Source of the DNA: Bacilli bacterium
GTDB taxonomy: Bacteria; Bacillota_I; Bacilli_A; RFN20; CAG-826
DNA: 64,000 bases
Direction of reading: 5' to 3'
NCBI GenBank assembly: GCA_017468925.1
Contig: JAFUHI010000009.1
Coordinates: 360,820-424,819 of the forward strand
This document shows, piece by piece, positions 1-9,426 of this stretch. A program made the translations under genes and the position numbers. Position 1 is the first letter of the stretch. Each line of letters starts with the position of its first letter. The notes under the pieces were generated by a model. It ran no database searches and was not told where the DNA came from. It worked only from the letters and a program-made list of their open reading frames with translations.

Positions 1-332
1 CGGTTGTGGACCTAGCATTATCCCCCAAATCGAAAGCGGCATGCCTATCAATTCAAAGCACGATCGCGTATCTAGAAGATAAACCGGCTTACGTCCAGGA
101 TTATTTGAAATTGACGCCTGTAAACGTCAAAGAAGAATGGAAATACCCATATGATAGACCGGATATCTGGGAGAAGATCCAATACCTTCCTGAGGCAGTA
201 AAAGATATGAGTTTCTATTCACCTAACGAAAACAGCAGAAGTGCTTATGAAAAGGCATTAAATGCGAATTACGAAAGAATGAAAAAGCAGGGCAGATCAT
301 CCAATTTGCCTTCTTTGAAGAAAAAGAAATAA
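1..332 (+). CDS. rarA: Replication-associated recombination protein A (RarA/MgsA), C-terminal part; gene starts before the window
   Basis: VDLALSPKS...YPYD...QYLPE...FY.P resembles the MgsA C-terminal domain. Confidence 0.8.
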   Translation, partial: VVDLALSPKSKAACLSIQSTIAYLEDKPAYVQDYLKLTPVNVKEEWKYPYDRPDIWEKIQYLPEAVKDMSFYSPNENSRSAYEKALNANYERMKKQGRSSNLPSLKKKK

Positions 333-335
333 AAC

Positions 336-349
336 TGGAAACGCTTTCA
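336..349. promoter_or_regulatory. cre-like (CcpA/LacI-family) operator
   Basis: TGGAAACGCTTTCA is a near-match to TGWNANCGNTNWCA, upstream of the small ORF. Confidence 0.35.
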
Positions 350-433
350 ATTAAATAAGACTTGTTCTTTTTCTTTTTTGACCTAAACTACATTTCCCTC
401 TTAAAAGAGGAGAAATAGAAAGGCAGGCAAAAA

Positions 434-568
434 ATGAAAGAAAAACAAGAATCAGCCTATGAACGTGAACAAGCTTCCCTTCTAGAAAAAGAAGAGAGGA
501 CTGAGGACTATGGCGATGGCCTATTAATCAGCTTCCTTGATTACTTCACTTCAAACGACAATAACTAA
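434..568 (+). CDS. Small acidic hypothetical protein (44 aa)
   Basis: MKEKQESAYEREQASLLEKEERTEDYGDGLLISFLDYFTSNDNN; purine-rich leader (AGGAG/AGGCAGG); terminator directly after; absent from the ORF track (too short). Confidence 0.55.
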   Translation: MKEKQESAYEREQASLLEKEERTEDYGDGLLISFLDYFTSNDNN

Positions 569-587
569 TTGTCCAGGCAAAAGCATC

Positions 588-615
588 AAATCCACTAGAA
601 ATAGTGGGTTTTTTC
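588..615 (+). terminator. Rho-independent terminator
   Basis: AAATCCACTA-GAAA-TAGTGGGTTT followed by a T run. Confidence 0.75.
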
Positions 616-678
616 ATATCCACGCTTGAATTAGTCGTTTGTTGATATCATAATAACACGGCTAGAAAACTAGCAAGT

Positions 679-763
679 GCACCTGTGGTGGAACTGGCAG
701 ACACGTTAGACTTAGGATCTAATGCTTCATGGCGTGCAGGTTCGATTCCTGTCAGGTGCACCA
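679..763 (+). tRNA. trnL: tRNA-Leu (anticodon TAG)
   Basis: GCACCTG/CAGGTGC acceptor stem, D-loop TGGCAGAC, anticodon arm TTAGA-CTTAGGA-TCTAA, long variable arm, GGTTCGATTCC T-arm, encoded CCA. Confidence 0.97.
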
Positions 764-795
764 ATAATGCATACTTGAAAGTATGCATTATTTTT
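764..795 (+). terminator. Terminator after tRNA-Leu
   Basis: ATAATGCATACT-TGAA-AGTATGCATTAT hairpin followed by a T run. Confidence 0.75.
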
Positions 796-1531
796 ATCAT
801 ATAGGTTGCTAATTAATATGATATATAAAGATCCACATGTGTCTGCGTGTTCTTCTTGTATTATTTTTATATCTACCAATTTGAGCATAAAAAGATTCTA
901 GTTGTTCTTCGCTATCAGTGGACATTCTATTATCGTTGCGATTGTGGTAATGAGGTAAATAACTGAAAAACTTTTTATCTATTCATTTTTGGTTTTCGCA
1001 AAAAACCTAACACAAATATGTATATACATATCTTTTTGTAAATCTTTATAGGATAATAGTTGTATGAATGAAAAAGTATTAATAAGCGTTGCGTGTCTAA
1101 ATGAGATGGGTTGAGCCTGAGTTGCAAAAAGTGATTACCTTTGCTTTTTTACTCCTGATTTTGATTTTTCTAATCCTAGGTACCATCAGTGCGCAATTGA
1201 TACAAGAAAAATGGGAGCGGTCCTTAAATCTGGCTCAAACTTCCGTACCAGTATGATTGAATTTAAGAATATACTGTGTGAGCAATTTAATACGAAAATT
1301 GAAGAGAAAGATTTTTCCTATTTGTTGGATACATTTTTAGAGTTTATCAAATTAAATCTTACCAATTTTTAATTTGTTTTAATCGGTTTTTTAATTATCA
1401 TTTATCAATAAATTAATAACAATTATCTCATATTTAAAATATAGGATTGAACTAATGTGGGTGTGATTTAATTACATTTTTATTGAACATTTGTTTTGGT
1501 GTTATAATGTTTCATCGAGAATGGGGATAAT

Positions 1532-1960
1532 ATGGAAAAAGAAAAAGCTTTAGAACTATGGGATGTTATTTACGGGAAAGGAACTGTCTGGGCAACTGAT
1601 TGTTTTGGCACTTGGATGTGTCGTGATGATTACGGAGACACTGAAAAGAAAAGGGTGCGACCTGGTAACACTGATGAATTTGAATATGGTTGGGAGATTG
1701 ATCATATTAGACCAAAAAGTAATTTTGGCGAAAATGCTGATCCAGATTTGTTAAACAACTATGAGATCGTGCATTGGAGGAACAATAGGGGCAAAGGGGA
1801 TAATTATCCACAGTTTGCGCTAGGTGATAAAACATTCAAAGTCATTAAATGCGATATTTGTGAAAGTAATGATTTAAAAGGATATGGGATTGTTGATTCA
1901 GACAACAAAAGAATAGATTGGAAAGGGCGAGCGGGCAAATGCTTTGCCAACAATAAATAA
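1532..1960 (+). CDS. HNH endonuclease family protein
   Basis: GWEIDHIRPKS...DLLNNYEIVHWRNNRGKGD HNH motif. Confidence 0.8.
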   Translation: MEKEKALELWDVIYGKGTVWATDCFGTWMCRDDYGDTEKKRVRPGNTDEFEYGWEIDHIRPKSNFGENADPDLLNNYEIVHWRNNRGKGDNYPQFALGDKTFKVIKCDICESNDLKGYGIVDSDNKRIDWKGRAGKCFANNK

Positions 1961-2298
1961 TTATAATTATTTAAAAACGCAACTTCATGAGAATTTTTAT
2001 AATAGGTAATGGTTTTGATTTAAGTCATGGTCTAGAAACAAGGTATAAGGATTTTAAAAAATATATTGAGCAAACTTATCTTTTAACTTTTAATCAATCT
2101 TTCTTGCCATATCCTGTACAAAAATATACGAAAACAATGTTTCTCTAAATAGAAAAAGGATTGTTGAAGAGTCAAACGCCATCAAAAAACTGTTTGTTGA
2201 TTTGGTGTCTTGCAATGCCGGTCTTTCTTTTTTAGTCAACAATCCAGATTACATCAGTTTCATAAACGACTAGAAGTATTAAAAAGTTGTTAATTAAA

Positions 2299-2607
2299 AA
2301 GGGCTGTTGAAAAACCTAAAAGGGCTCAGTTAATAAAGTGTGTAAAATTGTGTAATCTTAAAACTAGGTTACCAAAACTGTTAAATTAACTGTGTATAAG
2401 AGGATACGATGAAAATCGTGTCCTTTTTATTATCGAAACGTAGTGAGATAAAAACCGGGTGCTATGCACGTGAGAATAAAAGGGTTTCTCCTACGAAAAA
2501 GACCTCGCGTTATAATTGAACAGGCTGACAACCGTTCAATTAAACAGGAGGTACATCCATGTCAAGTTGTTCGAAAGCATGTAATGTGATGTTTTCAACA
2601 AACCCTT
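2299..2607. mobile_element. Non-autonomous IS remnant / MITE-like element
   Basis: Imperfect terminal inverted repeats AAGGGCTGTTGAAAA and TTTTCAACAAACCCTT; internal IS-end-like AAGTGTGTAAAATTGTGTAA; orphan TATAAT...AGGAGG-ATG with no long ORF. Confidence 0.45.
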
Positions 2608-2800
2608 ACGAGAATTAATTGATAAATATAAATTTGATATCGTTGTTAATTAAGTTGCTCAATTCCTTTGCTTGTTATTGATTGGCGCTCATGCATCCGC
2701 CAAACTAAAAAGAAAGTGTTTCGTTTGGATTGAATAGAGATAAAATATTCTTGTAGCACAAGAAAATAACTTTTTTGAGCAAAACAACTGATATCGATAG

Positions 2801-3769
2801 ATGGATAAAATGCAAAAATTCAACGATCTAATTTCTATAGTGATGCCGGTATTTAATGTCCAAGAATATATTTCATTATCGCTTTTTTCTGTTATGAGAC
2901 AAACACATAACCGCATTGAAATTATTATCGTTGATGACGGGTCTACTGATGAATCAATCAAAATTGCTGAGCGGATTGCCGCTGGAGATGACCGTGTCCG
3001 AATCATAAGGCAAGAAAACAAAGGGCTGGGAATGGCCAGAAATATAGGATTAGAGAATTCCTTAGGTGAATGGGTATTTTTCTTGGACTCTGATGATACA
3101 ATTTCACTAAACACGCTAGAATCAATGATAAAAACTGGCATAAAGTTCGACAGCGATTTTGTCTTTTCTGATTACAAAATGGTAACTGAACAAGTGAGTT
3201 GTGACGTAATCACTAATACAGAATCTTATGACGTCGATACTGATAAATTGCTAATTGATTTTTTGACCAGAAAGACTGTTTTGATTGCCCCCGGAACGCT
3301 ATATAGAAAAGATTTTTTGATAAGAAATGACTTATTCTTTTTTCCCATTCCTTGGTCAGAAGACCAGCATTTTTTGTGGAGAGTGCTTTCTAAGTCGAGG
3401 AAGGTCTCGTATGTAAAAGGAGCGTTCTATCACTATTTAGTCAGAGAAAAGTCTATTATGGTATCGACTGAAAACTATAAAAAAATCGAGAGTTATCATT
3501 ATTTTGATGAACTTGTGAAAAGCGAATCAATCCGTCACCCTATTGTTAAAAAATTTCTTCTTGCGAGATGGGTACTCGGAACGCTTAACTCTAGCGCAAA
3601 ATCTGGAACATATAGTGATTGGAAAACGCTTTATAGGCAGCTTGACGCAAAGAATAAATGTAAGATTTTATACAAATTTCCGCATGTGAAAACTAGGTTT
3701 TTAGCATTTTGTCTTAGATATTTTCCGAAATTGTATTGGAGGGCATTCGGGTTGAAGAAAACTCGCTGA
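2801..3769 (+). CDS. Glycosyltransferase family 2
   Basis: ISIVMPVFN, IVDDGSTD, FLDSDD, SED motifs. Confidence 0.93.
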   Translation: MDKMQKFNDLISIVMPVFNVQEYISLSLFSVMRQTHNRIEIIIVDDGSTDESIKIAERIAAGDDRVRIIRQENKGLGMARNIGLENSLGEWVFFLDSDDTISLNTLESMIKTGIKFDSDFVFSDYKMVTEQVSCDVITNTESYDVDTDKLLIDFLTRKTVLIAPGTLYRKDFLIRNDLFFFPIPWSEDQHFLWRVLSKSRKVSYVKGAFYHYLVREKSIMVSTENYKKIESYHYFDELVKSESIRHPIVKKFLLARWVLGTLNSSAKSGTYSDWKTLYRQLDAKNKCKILYKFPHVKTRFLAFCLRYFPKLYWRAFGLKKTR

Positions 3770-3775
3770 TGCGAT

Positions 3776-4915
3776 ATGAAAACTAGGATTTTTTATTTAA
3801 CTGATCTTTTGTCTCCGTATCGAGTGGATTGGATGAACGCCATGTCCGATGACTATGACATCGAATGTTATGTCTTTGACCTTGACGAAAAGACAAGAAC
3901 TAAGGACTGGCTTGCATATAGAAAGCCAAATTTCTCTGTTAACACGATATCATCAACGTATTTTGCTGGCATCAGGTTTTCAAAGGAATGCACAAAAATT
4001 TTGAAAAACAGGAATTACGATATATATCTTATTGATGGATATGCTTCATATGCCCAGGTTTCAGCCATCAAGAAATTAACAAAACTAAGAAAAAATGTAT
4101 TTGTAAATATTGATGGCGTCGATATTTGGAAAAATGGCGGATTTTTGTCACGAATCAAGAATGTTGTAAAAAAAGAAATATTCCGTTCCGGGGCTAATTT
4201 CCTTTGCGGCTCGTTGGTTGCCAAAGAATATGTTTTGTCGCTCGGTGCCAAAAAGGAGAATGTGTTTTTACATCATTTTACGTCGCTTTTCAAAAAAGAT
4301 TTGGTGGATTTTTCTTACAAAAAGAACGCACAAAATGGATGTAAAAAAATGATTAACTGTCATGGTAAAAAAATGGCATTGGCCGTAGGGAGATTTATCA
4401 CTCTTAAGCGTTATGATGATTTGATTAACGCCTGGACAGAGATGCCTAAAGACTGGGAATTATATTTAATTGGCGGAGGCCGTCTTTATGATTGGTATTC
4501 CTCTTTAATCAGGGAAAAAGGTTTAACAAATGTGTTTCTGATTGATTATATTGAGCCCAAAGAATTGGATAAATACTATCTGGCTGCTGATTTGTTTGTC
4601 CATACATCAGAAACGGAGACGTGGGGTTTGGTATTGAATGAGGCGATGGCAAAGTGCTGTCCTTGCATCGCGACTGATCGATGCGTGGCGGGAATAGAAC
4701 TCATCAAAAACGGAATAAATGGTTTTATTTACAATGTTGGCGACGTAAAAACATTATCAAAAAGAATACAAGAAGTGCTTCGAGATGAATATTTAACTGA
4801 TAAAATGATGGAAAACGCAGCTGAAACAATTAAATGTTATACAATTGAGAACATGGCCAAGACACATATTGATATTTTTAGGGAGGTTCTTTCTCATGCT
4901 ATGGGTCAATGCTGA
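3776..4915 (+). CDS. Glycosyltransferase family 4 (GT-B)
   Basis: VGRF...K, ETWGLVLNEAMA (EX7E). Confidence 0.92.
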   Translation: MKTRIFYLTDLLSPYRVDWMNAMSDDYDIECYVFDLDEKTRTKDWLAYRKPNFSVNTISSTYFAGIRFSKECTKILKNRNYDIYLIDGYASYAQVSAIKKLTKLRKNVFVNIDGVDIWKNGGFLSRIKNVVKKEIFRSGANFLCGSLVAKEYVLSLGAKKENVFLHHFTSLFKKDLVDFSYKKNAQNGCKKMINCHGKKMALAVGRFITLKRYDDLINAWTEMPKDWELYLIGGGRLYDWYSSLIREKGLTNVFLIDYIEPKELDKYYLAADLFVHTSETETWGLVLNEAMAKCCPCIATDRCVAGIELIKNGINGFIYNVGDVKTLSKRIQEVLRDEYLTDKMMENAAETIKCYTIENMAKTHIDIFREVLSHAMGQC

Positions 4916-5642
4916 TGATTTTGGTTTCAGCAAGACAATTACGCTGGCCATCTTAGATTGCTTCAAAAAAGGAATCATTACAACAACAACGGCGTGTGTA
5001 AACGGCCCTGATTTTTTGGAATCAGCCAAAATGATTAAAGGTACTTTGTTTGAGAAAAAAGTCGGTTTACACATTAACATAACGGAAGGGGAACCGCTAA
5101 CAGAGAAAATAAAAGACGTAAAATGGCTTTGTAAAGATGGCAAATTCATTGGCTTCCCAAAAAGAAACCACATCTTCTCAAAAAAAGATAAAAATGCGAT
5201 TTATGAAGAAATAAAAGAGCAGTTCAAAGCCTTTAAAAGCACCGGTTTGGAAATAAATCATGTTGATTCACACAACCACATTCACAACGCGCCAGGGATC
5301 TTCAATTTAATTTTAAAAATCATGAAGGAAGAGGGTGTTGAAAAAATTAGGATATTTAGAAATACAGGAAGCATCCCGTTTTATAAAAAAATTTATAAAG
5401 TAATGATGAATAAGAGAATTGAAAAAAATAGTTACTCAAGTTTCATGGGGTCTTTTGAAGACTTGAAGCTAGACTGGAAGAAAGAAAAAGATTCTATTTA
5501 TGAGTTGATGATTCATCCAGATTATGATTCCGCAGGAGAACTAATAGACAGAGAAAATGAAGACTATAGCCTTCCTATTGGAAAAAAGATTGAAGAACTG
5601 ATTGGATTCATTAAGGAAAAAAATATTAAAATTATAAAATAA
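4896..5642 (+). CDS. YdjC/ChbG-family carbohydrate deacetylase
   Basis: NADDFG, GLHIN, HVDSHNHIH, ELMIHP; start moved to ATG 4896 after GGAGG. Confidence 0.88.
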   Translation: MLWVNADDFGFSKTITLAILDCFKKGIITTTTACVNGPDFLESAKMIKGTLFEKKVGLHINITEGEPLTEKIKDVKWLCKDGKFIGFPKRNHIFSKKDKNAIYEEIKEQFKAFKSTGLEINHVDSHNHIHNAPGIFNLILKIMKEEGVEKIRIFRNTGSIPFYKKIYKVMMNKRIEKNSYSSFMGSFEDLKLDWKKEKDSIYELMIHPDYDSAGELIDRENEDYSLPIGKKIEELIGFIKEKNIKIIK

Positions 5643-5646
5643 AACT

Positions 5647-6462
5647 ATGAAAAAAATAGGACCGGATGAGCAAAGAAAATTATTGTTTGATCTTCTTACT
5701 GAGGTGGATGTTTTTTGCAAAAAAAATAATATCAGGTATTTTCTAGATTCTGGCACTCTTCTCGGCGCCATCCGCCATAAGGACTTTATTCCATGGGATG
5801 ACGATATTGATATCTGTATGCCTAGACCTGACTATGACAGATTTATAAAAATCACAAACAGTACACCAATTTCTGACAATATTTACGTCCTAAAAGAAAA
5901 AGAAGCCTTGTTTTGTTATATCAAGGTGTGTGATAAGAGAGTTGCGCTAATTGAATATCCTCAAACGTTGAGAATGGAAATAAACTTATACATCGATATC
6001 TTTCCAAAAGACGGTCTGCCAAACAACGAAAGAAAGGCCAAAAGACATGGCCAGAAAGTGCTTTTTTACAACAAGGTTTACTGGTTCAACAAATATTCTG
6101 TGAAAGTCTGGAAAAAAAGCAAAAACAAACTCAAAAAAATTATTGCTTATATTTGCTATCCATTTTGCCATGATAAGTTGTGGCCATTGAATAAAGCGAT
6201 TAGGCTTGCAAGGAAATATAGATACGAAGATAGCGAATATGTTTCTTCCTTGCTCGCTGGCGGGTGCAGAGGAAGAATAAGAAAGTCTTGTTTTTGCAAA
6301 GAAACAATGGTTACATTCCATAATCGTCAATTTCCTGCGCCAATTGGATATGATGAATATTTGCGTGAACTTTATCGAGACATAAACGACGGAGATTACA
6401 TGACTCTGCCGAATGATTGCGATAAAATCAAGCATGAATGTGAAATTTACTGGAAAGAATAA
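5647..6462 (+). CDS. licD: LicD-family phosphotransferase
   Basis: GTLLGAIRHKDFIPWDDDIDICMPRPDY, IDIFP.D. Confidence 0.92.
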   Translation: MKKIGPDEQRKLLFDLLTEVDVFCKKNNIRYFLDSGTLLGAIRHKDFIPWDDDIDICMPRPDYDRFIKITNSTPISDNIYVLKEKEALFCYIKVCDKRVALIEYPQTLRMEINLYIDIFPKDGLPNNERKAKRHGQKVLFYNKVYWFNKYSVKVWKKSKNKLKKIIAYICYPFCHDKLWPLNKAIRLARKYRYEDSEYVSSLLAGGCRGRIRKSCFCKETMVTFHNRQFPAPIGYDEYLRELYRDINDGDYMTLPNDCDKIKHECEIYWKE

Positions 6463-6475
6463 GGAGGGGGACAGA

Positions 6476-7189
6476 ATGAATTACGCGCTAATTTTCGCCG
6501 GAGGGACCGGTCAAAGAATGAACACAGTTTCTTTGCCAAAACAGTTCTTAAAGGTACATGGTGCCCCAATTATCGTTCATACCATCAGACATTTTCAGAA
6601 ATGCCCAAGCATAGATGGCATCGTTGTTGTCTGCATAAAAGAATTCATTGGATTGATGAATGAACTAAAGGAACAGTATGGTTTGAATAAGGTTATGTCC
6701 GTTATTGAGGGTGGAGATACTGGTCAGGCTTCAATTATGAATGGGCTTCTCTTTTTGAAATCGCTAGCGAACCAAGATGATATAGTGCTTATCCACGATG
6801 GAGTACGCCCATTAATTAATCAAGAAACCATTATAAAAAACATAGAATGCGTAAAGAAAAACGGAAACTGCATTACCACAACAAAATCGACCGAGACAAT
6901 TGTTATAACGGATGGAGACAATGTGACCGGAACTATTAATAGAGATAATTCTAAGTTTGGCAGAGCGCCTCAAAGTTTTATTTTGAAAGACATTTTGAAA
7001 GCGCATATCTCTTCTAAAGAAAAAGGGTTATCTTTTATTGACTCTGCCACAATGATGTCTCATTTTGGGTTTAAACTCTTTACCGTCGATGGCCCTGTGA
7101 ATAACATAAAAATAACAAGCCCGATCGATTATTTTATTTTCAAGGCCATTTTGGATGAGGCGGAAAGCGAGCAAATAAAATTTTTGTGA
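6476..7189 (+). CDS. tarI: IspD/TarI-family alditol-phosphate cytidylyltransferase
   Basis: IFAGGTGQRM, LPKQFL, IHDGVRP, NIKITSP.D; ATG 6476 after AAGGAGG. Confidence 0.85.
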   Translation: MNYALIFAGGTGQRMNTVSLPKQFLKVHGAPIIVHTIRHFQKCPSIDGIVVVCIKEFIGLMNELKEQYGLNKVMSVIEGGDTGQASIMNGLLFLKSLANQDDIVLIHDGVRPLINQETIIKNIECVKKNGNCITTTKSTETIVITDGDNVTGTINRDNSKFGRAPQSFILKDILKAHISSKEKGLSFIDSATMMSHFGFKLFTVDGPVNNIKITSPIDYFIFKAILDEAESEQIKFL

Positions 7190-7190
7190 T

Positions 7191-8252
7191 ATGGATACCG
7201 CGAAATTAGATGAATACGATATTACATCCAAAAGGCTATATGACGAAAAGATAGCTACTTTTTTGGAAAATAAAACTATTTTTATAACAGGTGCAACCGG
7301 GCTTATTGGAACTCAAGTCGGGAAAAGCCTTATTAGATATAGAAGACAATACGGAGGCAAATTTAAGATTGTTCTCCAAGCCCGTAATGTTGAGAAACTT
7401 ATGAATCGATATAAAGAAGATTTGGTCGAAGAAGGTGTTTATGTGGTTTTGGGAGATATCAGAGACATGATTATCTTTGATGGCAAAGTGGATTATATCA
7501 TTCATTGTGCAAGCAACACTTCATCGGCTTTTTTTGTCACCAATCCAGTTGAAACTATAGATATACTGGTTTCCGGAACGAAAAACGCCTTGGAATTCGC
7601 CAAAGAGAAAAGAGTGAAAGGTTTCCTTTATTTATCCACGCTTGAGGTATATGGAGATGTGTTTGATGATGCTGTCGCTATTGATGAATCCGCATTTCAT
7701 TATTTGGATTTCTTGAGCGTTAGAAGCAGTTATCCGGAAGGAAAAAGAATGTGTGAGTGTTTGTGTTCATCCTACTATCACGAATATGGCGTCCCAATTC
7801 TCATTGCCAGATTAACTCAAACAATCGGCAGTGATATTGAACCATATGACAATAGAGTTTTTGCCGAATTTGCAAGATGCTCCGTAAAAGGGAAAGATAT
7901 TGTTCTGAAAACAGCGGGTGAAACGGTGCGAAGTTATTGCGATGTTATCGATGGAACGGTCGCCCTATTTTATATTCTTTCAAAAGGTGAATTTGGAAAT
8001 GCATACAACGTGGCCAACAATGCTACCATTTGTAGCATTATGCAGTTGGCTGAATTATTTCGCTCATTGAGCAAATATAATATTAATATCGTGTTTGATC
8101 GTAGCGCGAACGCTCGCAAGCTCGGATATAATAATGATATAAAAATAAGACTCGACACATCGAAGATTGAGTCGCTTGGCTGGAAACCAAGCTATAGTCT
8201 TAAAGACACCGTGCTTAGATTGATGAAAGGTTTGGCTCTTAATGGTGATTAA
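7191..8252 (+). CDS. NAD-dependent epimerase/dehydratase (extended SDR), likely CDP-alditol synthesis
   Basis: ITGATGLIG, STLEVYG, YPEGK (YxxxK); adjacent to the TarI- and LicD-like genes. Confidence 0.85.
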   Translation: MDTAKLDEYDITSKRLYDEKIATFLENKTIFITGATGLIGTQVGKSLIRYRRQYGGKFKIVLQARNVEKLMNRYKEDLVEEGVYVVLGDIRDMIIFDGKVDYIIHCASNTSSAFFVTNPVETIDILVSGTKNALEFAKEKRVKGFLYLSTLEVYGDVFDDAVAIDESAFHYLDFLSVRSSYPEGKRMCECLCSSYYHEYGVPILIARLTQTIGSDIEPYDNRVFAEFARCSVKGKDIVLKTAGETVRSYCDVIDGTVALFYILSKGEFGNAYNVANNATICSIMQLAELFRSLSKYNINIVFDRSANARKLGYNNDIKIRLDTSKIESLGWKPSYSLKDTVLRLMKGLALNGD

Positions 8253-9426
8253 TGTTGGCTATTTCGTCGAAACACCAGTCGCCCATAATCTCACTGGCGG
8301 ATCTAGGTCTTTCTTGGAGTTGATTTTGAGATTGAAAAATGATGGAGTGGTTCCATTCGTTGTCGTTTCTGAAAAATGGAAATTGACCGACATTCTGAAA
8401 AAAAATGGAATTAAATTCTGTGTTGCCAAATCTTTCAGGCCTTTTGTTTCTGTCGAAAAGCCCGTTTTTTTATTTCGTATCAGATATTTGGTAAAACAAT
8501 TTTTTAACTATTTCGCTTATTTAAAAGCGAAGAAATTTTTCAAAGAAAACAAAGTTGAGATTATTCATATTAATAGTCAATTTGCGGGTATTTATGGCGC
8601 GAGAGTTGCAAAAAAACTCCATACGCCGTACGTCTATCATATAAGGGAATTTTTGGACAAGGGATTTGGATTAAGATTTTTTAATGAAAAGAAGGCGTTT
8701 AGAGCGATTGATGGAGCCAATAAAATCATTGCCATCTCTACTTCAATCGAAAAATATAGAGCGGACATCCATTCTCCCGGAAAAGTCGTTAAGATCTATA
8801 ATGGACTGAATTTTTCGGGCCTACCCAAGAACGAAAAAAAAGCAGGCGATAAGTTTTTGTCTCCTTGCGTCAACATGTGTATTGTTGGGAGAGTGTGTGA
8901 ATTCAAACGCCAATTGGATGCGATTAAGGCGACGGAATTATTATTCAAAAAATATCAAATTGAAGCTAAACTGCATATAATAGGATGCGAATGCAATGAC
9001 GAATATGAGAAGTCTTTAAGGAGATATGTGGAAGACAATGGCCTCTGTGATATGGTTAATTTTGTTCCTTTTCTAAACGACCCGTTAAGCAAGATTCAAG
9101 ACTTCGATATTGGGCTTATTTGTTCTGAAGGGGAGGCCTTCGGCCGCGCAACAATAGAATATTTTGCATCAAATTTACTTGTTTTTGGGGCTAATTCCGG
9201 CGCCACGCCAGAATTAATAAACAATAACGAAGATGGATATCTGTTTGAGTTGGGAGACTATGAGGAACTTGCTTTATTGATTAAAGAATCGATTGAAAAC
9301 CCAGAACATTCACGCGAAATGATTGCGCGAGGTTACATGAAGGCCTTGAGTTTATATTCATTGGAAAAAACCGCAAAAGAGGTTCTAAAATTGTACAATG
9401 ATATTTTGGGGCGAAGTCAGAAGTGA
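8242..9426 (+). CDS. Glycosyltransferase family 4
   Basis: GGSRS, HIRE, VGRV...K, EAFGRATIE. Confidence 0.92.
   Translation: MVINVGYFVETPVAHNLTGGSRSFLELILRLKNDGVVPFVVVSEKWKLTDILKKNGIKFCVAKSFRPFVSVEKPVFLFRIRYLVKQFFNYFAYLKAKKFFKENKVEIIHINSQFAGIYGARVAKKLHTPYVYHIREFLDKGFGLRFFNEKKAFRAIDGANKIIAISTSIEKYRADIHSPGKVVKIYNGLNFSGLPKNEKKAGDKFLSPCVNMCIVGRVCEFKRQLDAIKATELLFKKYQIEAKLHIIGCECNDEYEKSLRRYVEDNGLCDMVNFVPFLNDPLSKIQDFDIGLICSEGEAFGRATIEYFASNLLVFGANSGATPELINNNEDGYLFELGDYEELALLIKESIENPEHSREMIARGYMKALSLYSLEKTAKEVLKLYNDILGRSQK

Noticed and set aside
2110-2273. Start-less reading frame ending ...NPDYISFIND*
   Set aside because: Probably a gene remnant, but no family could be recognised
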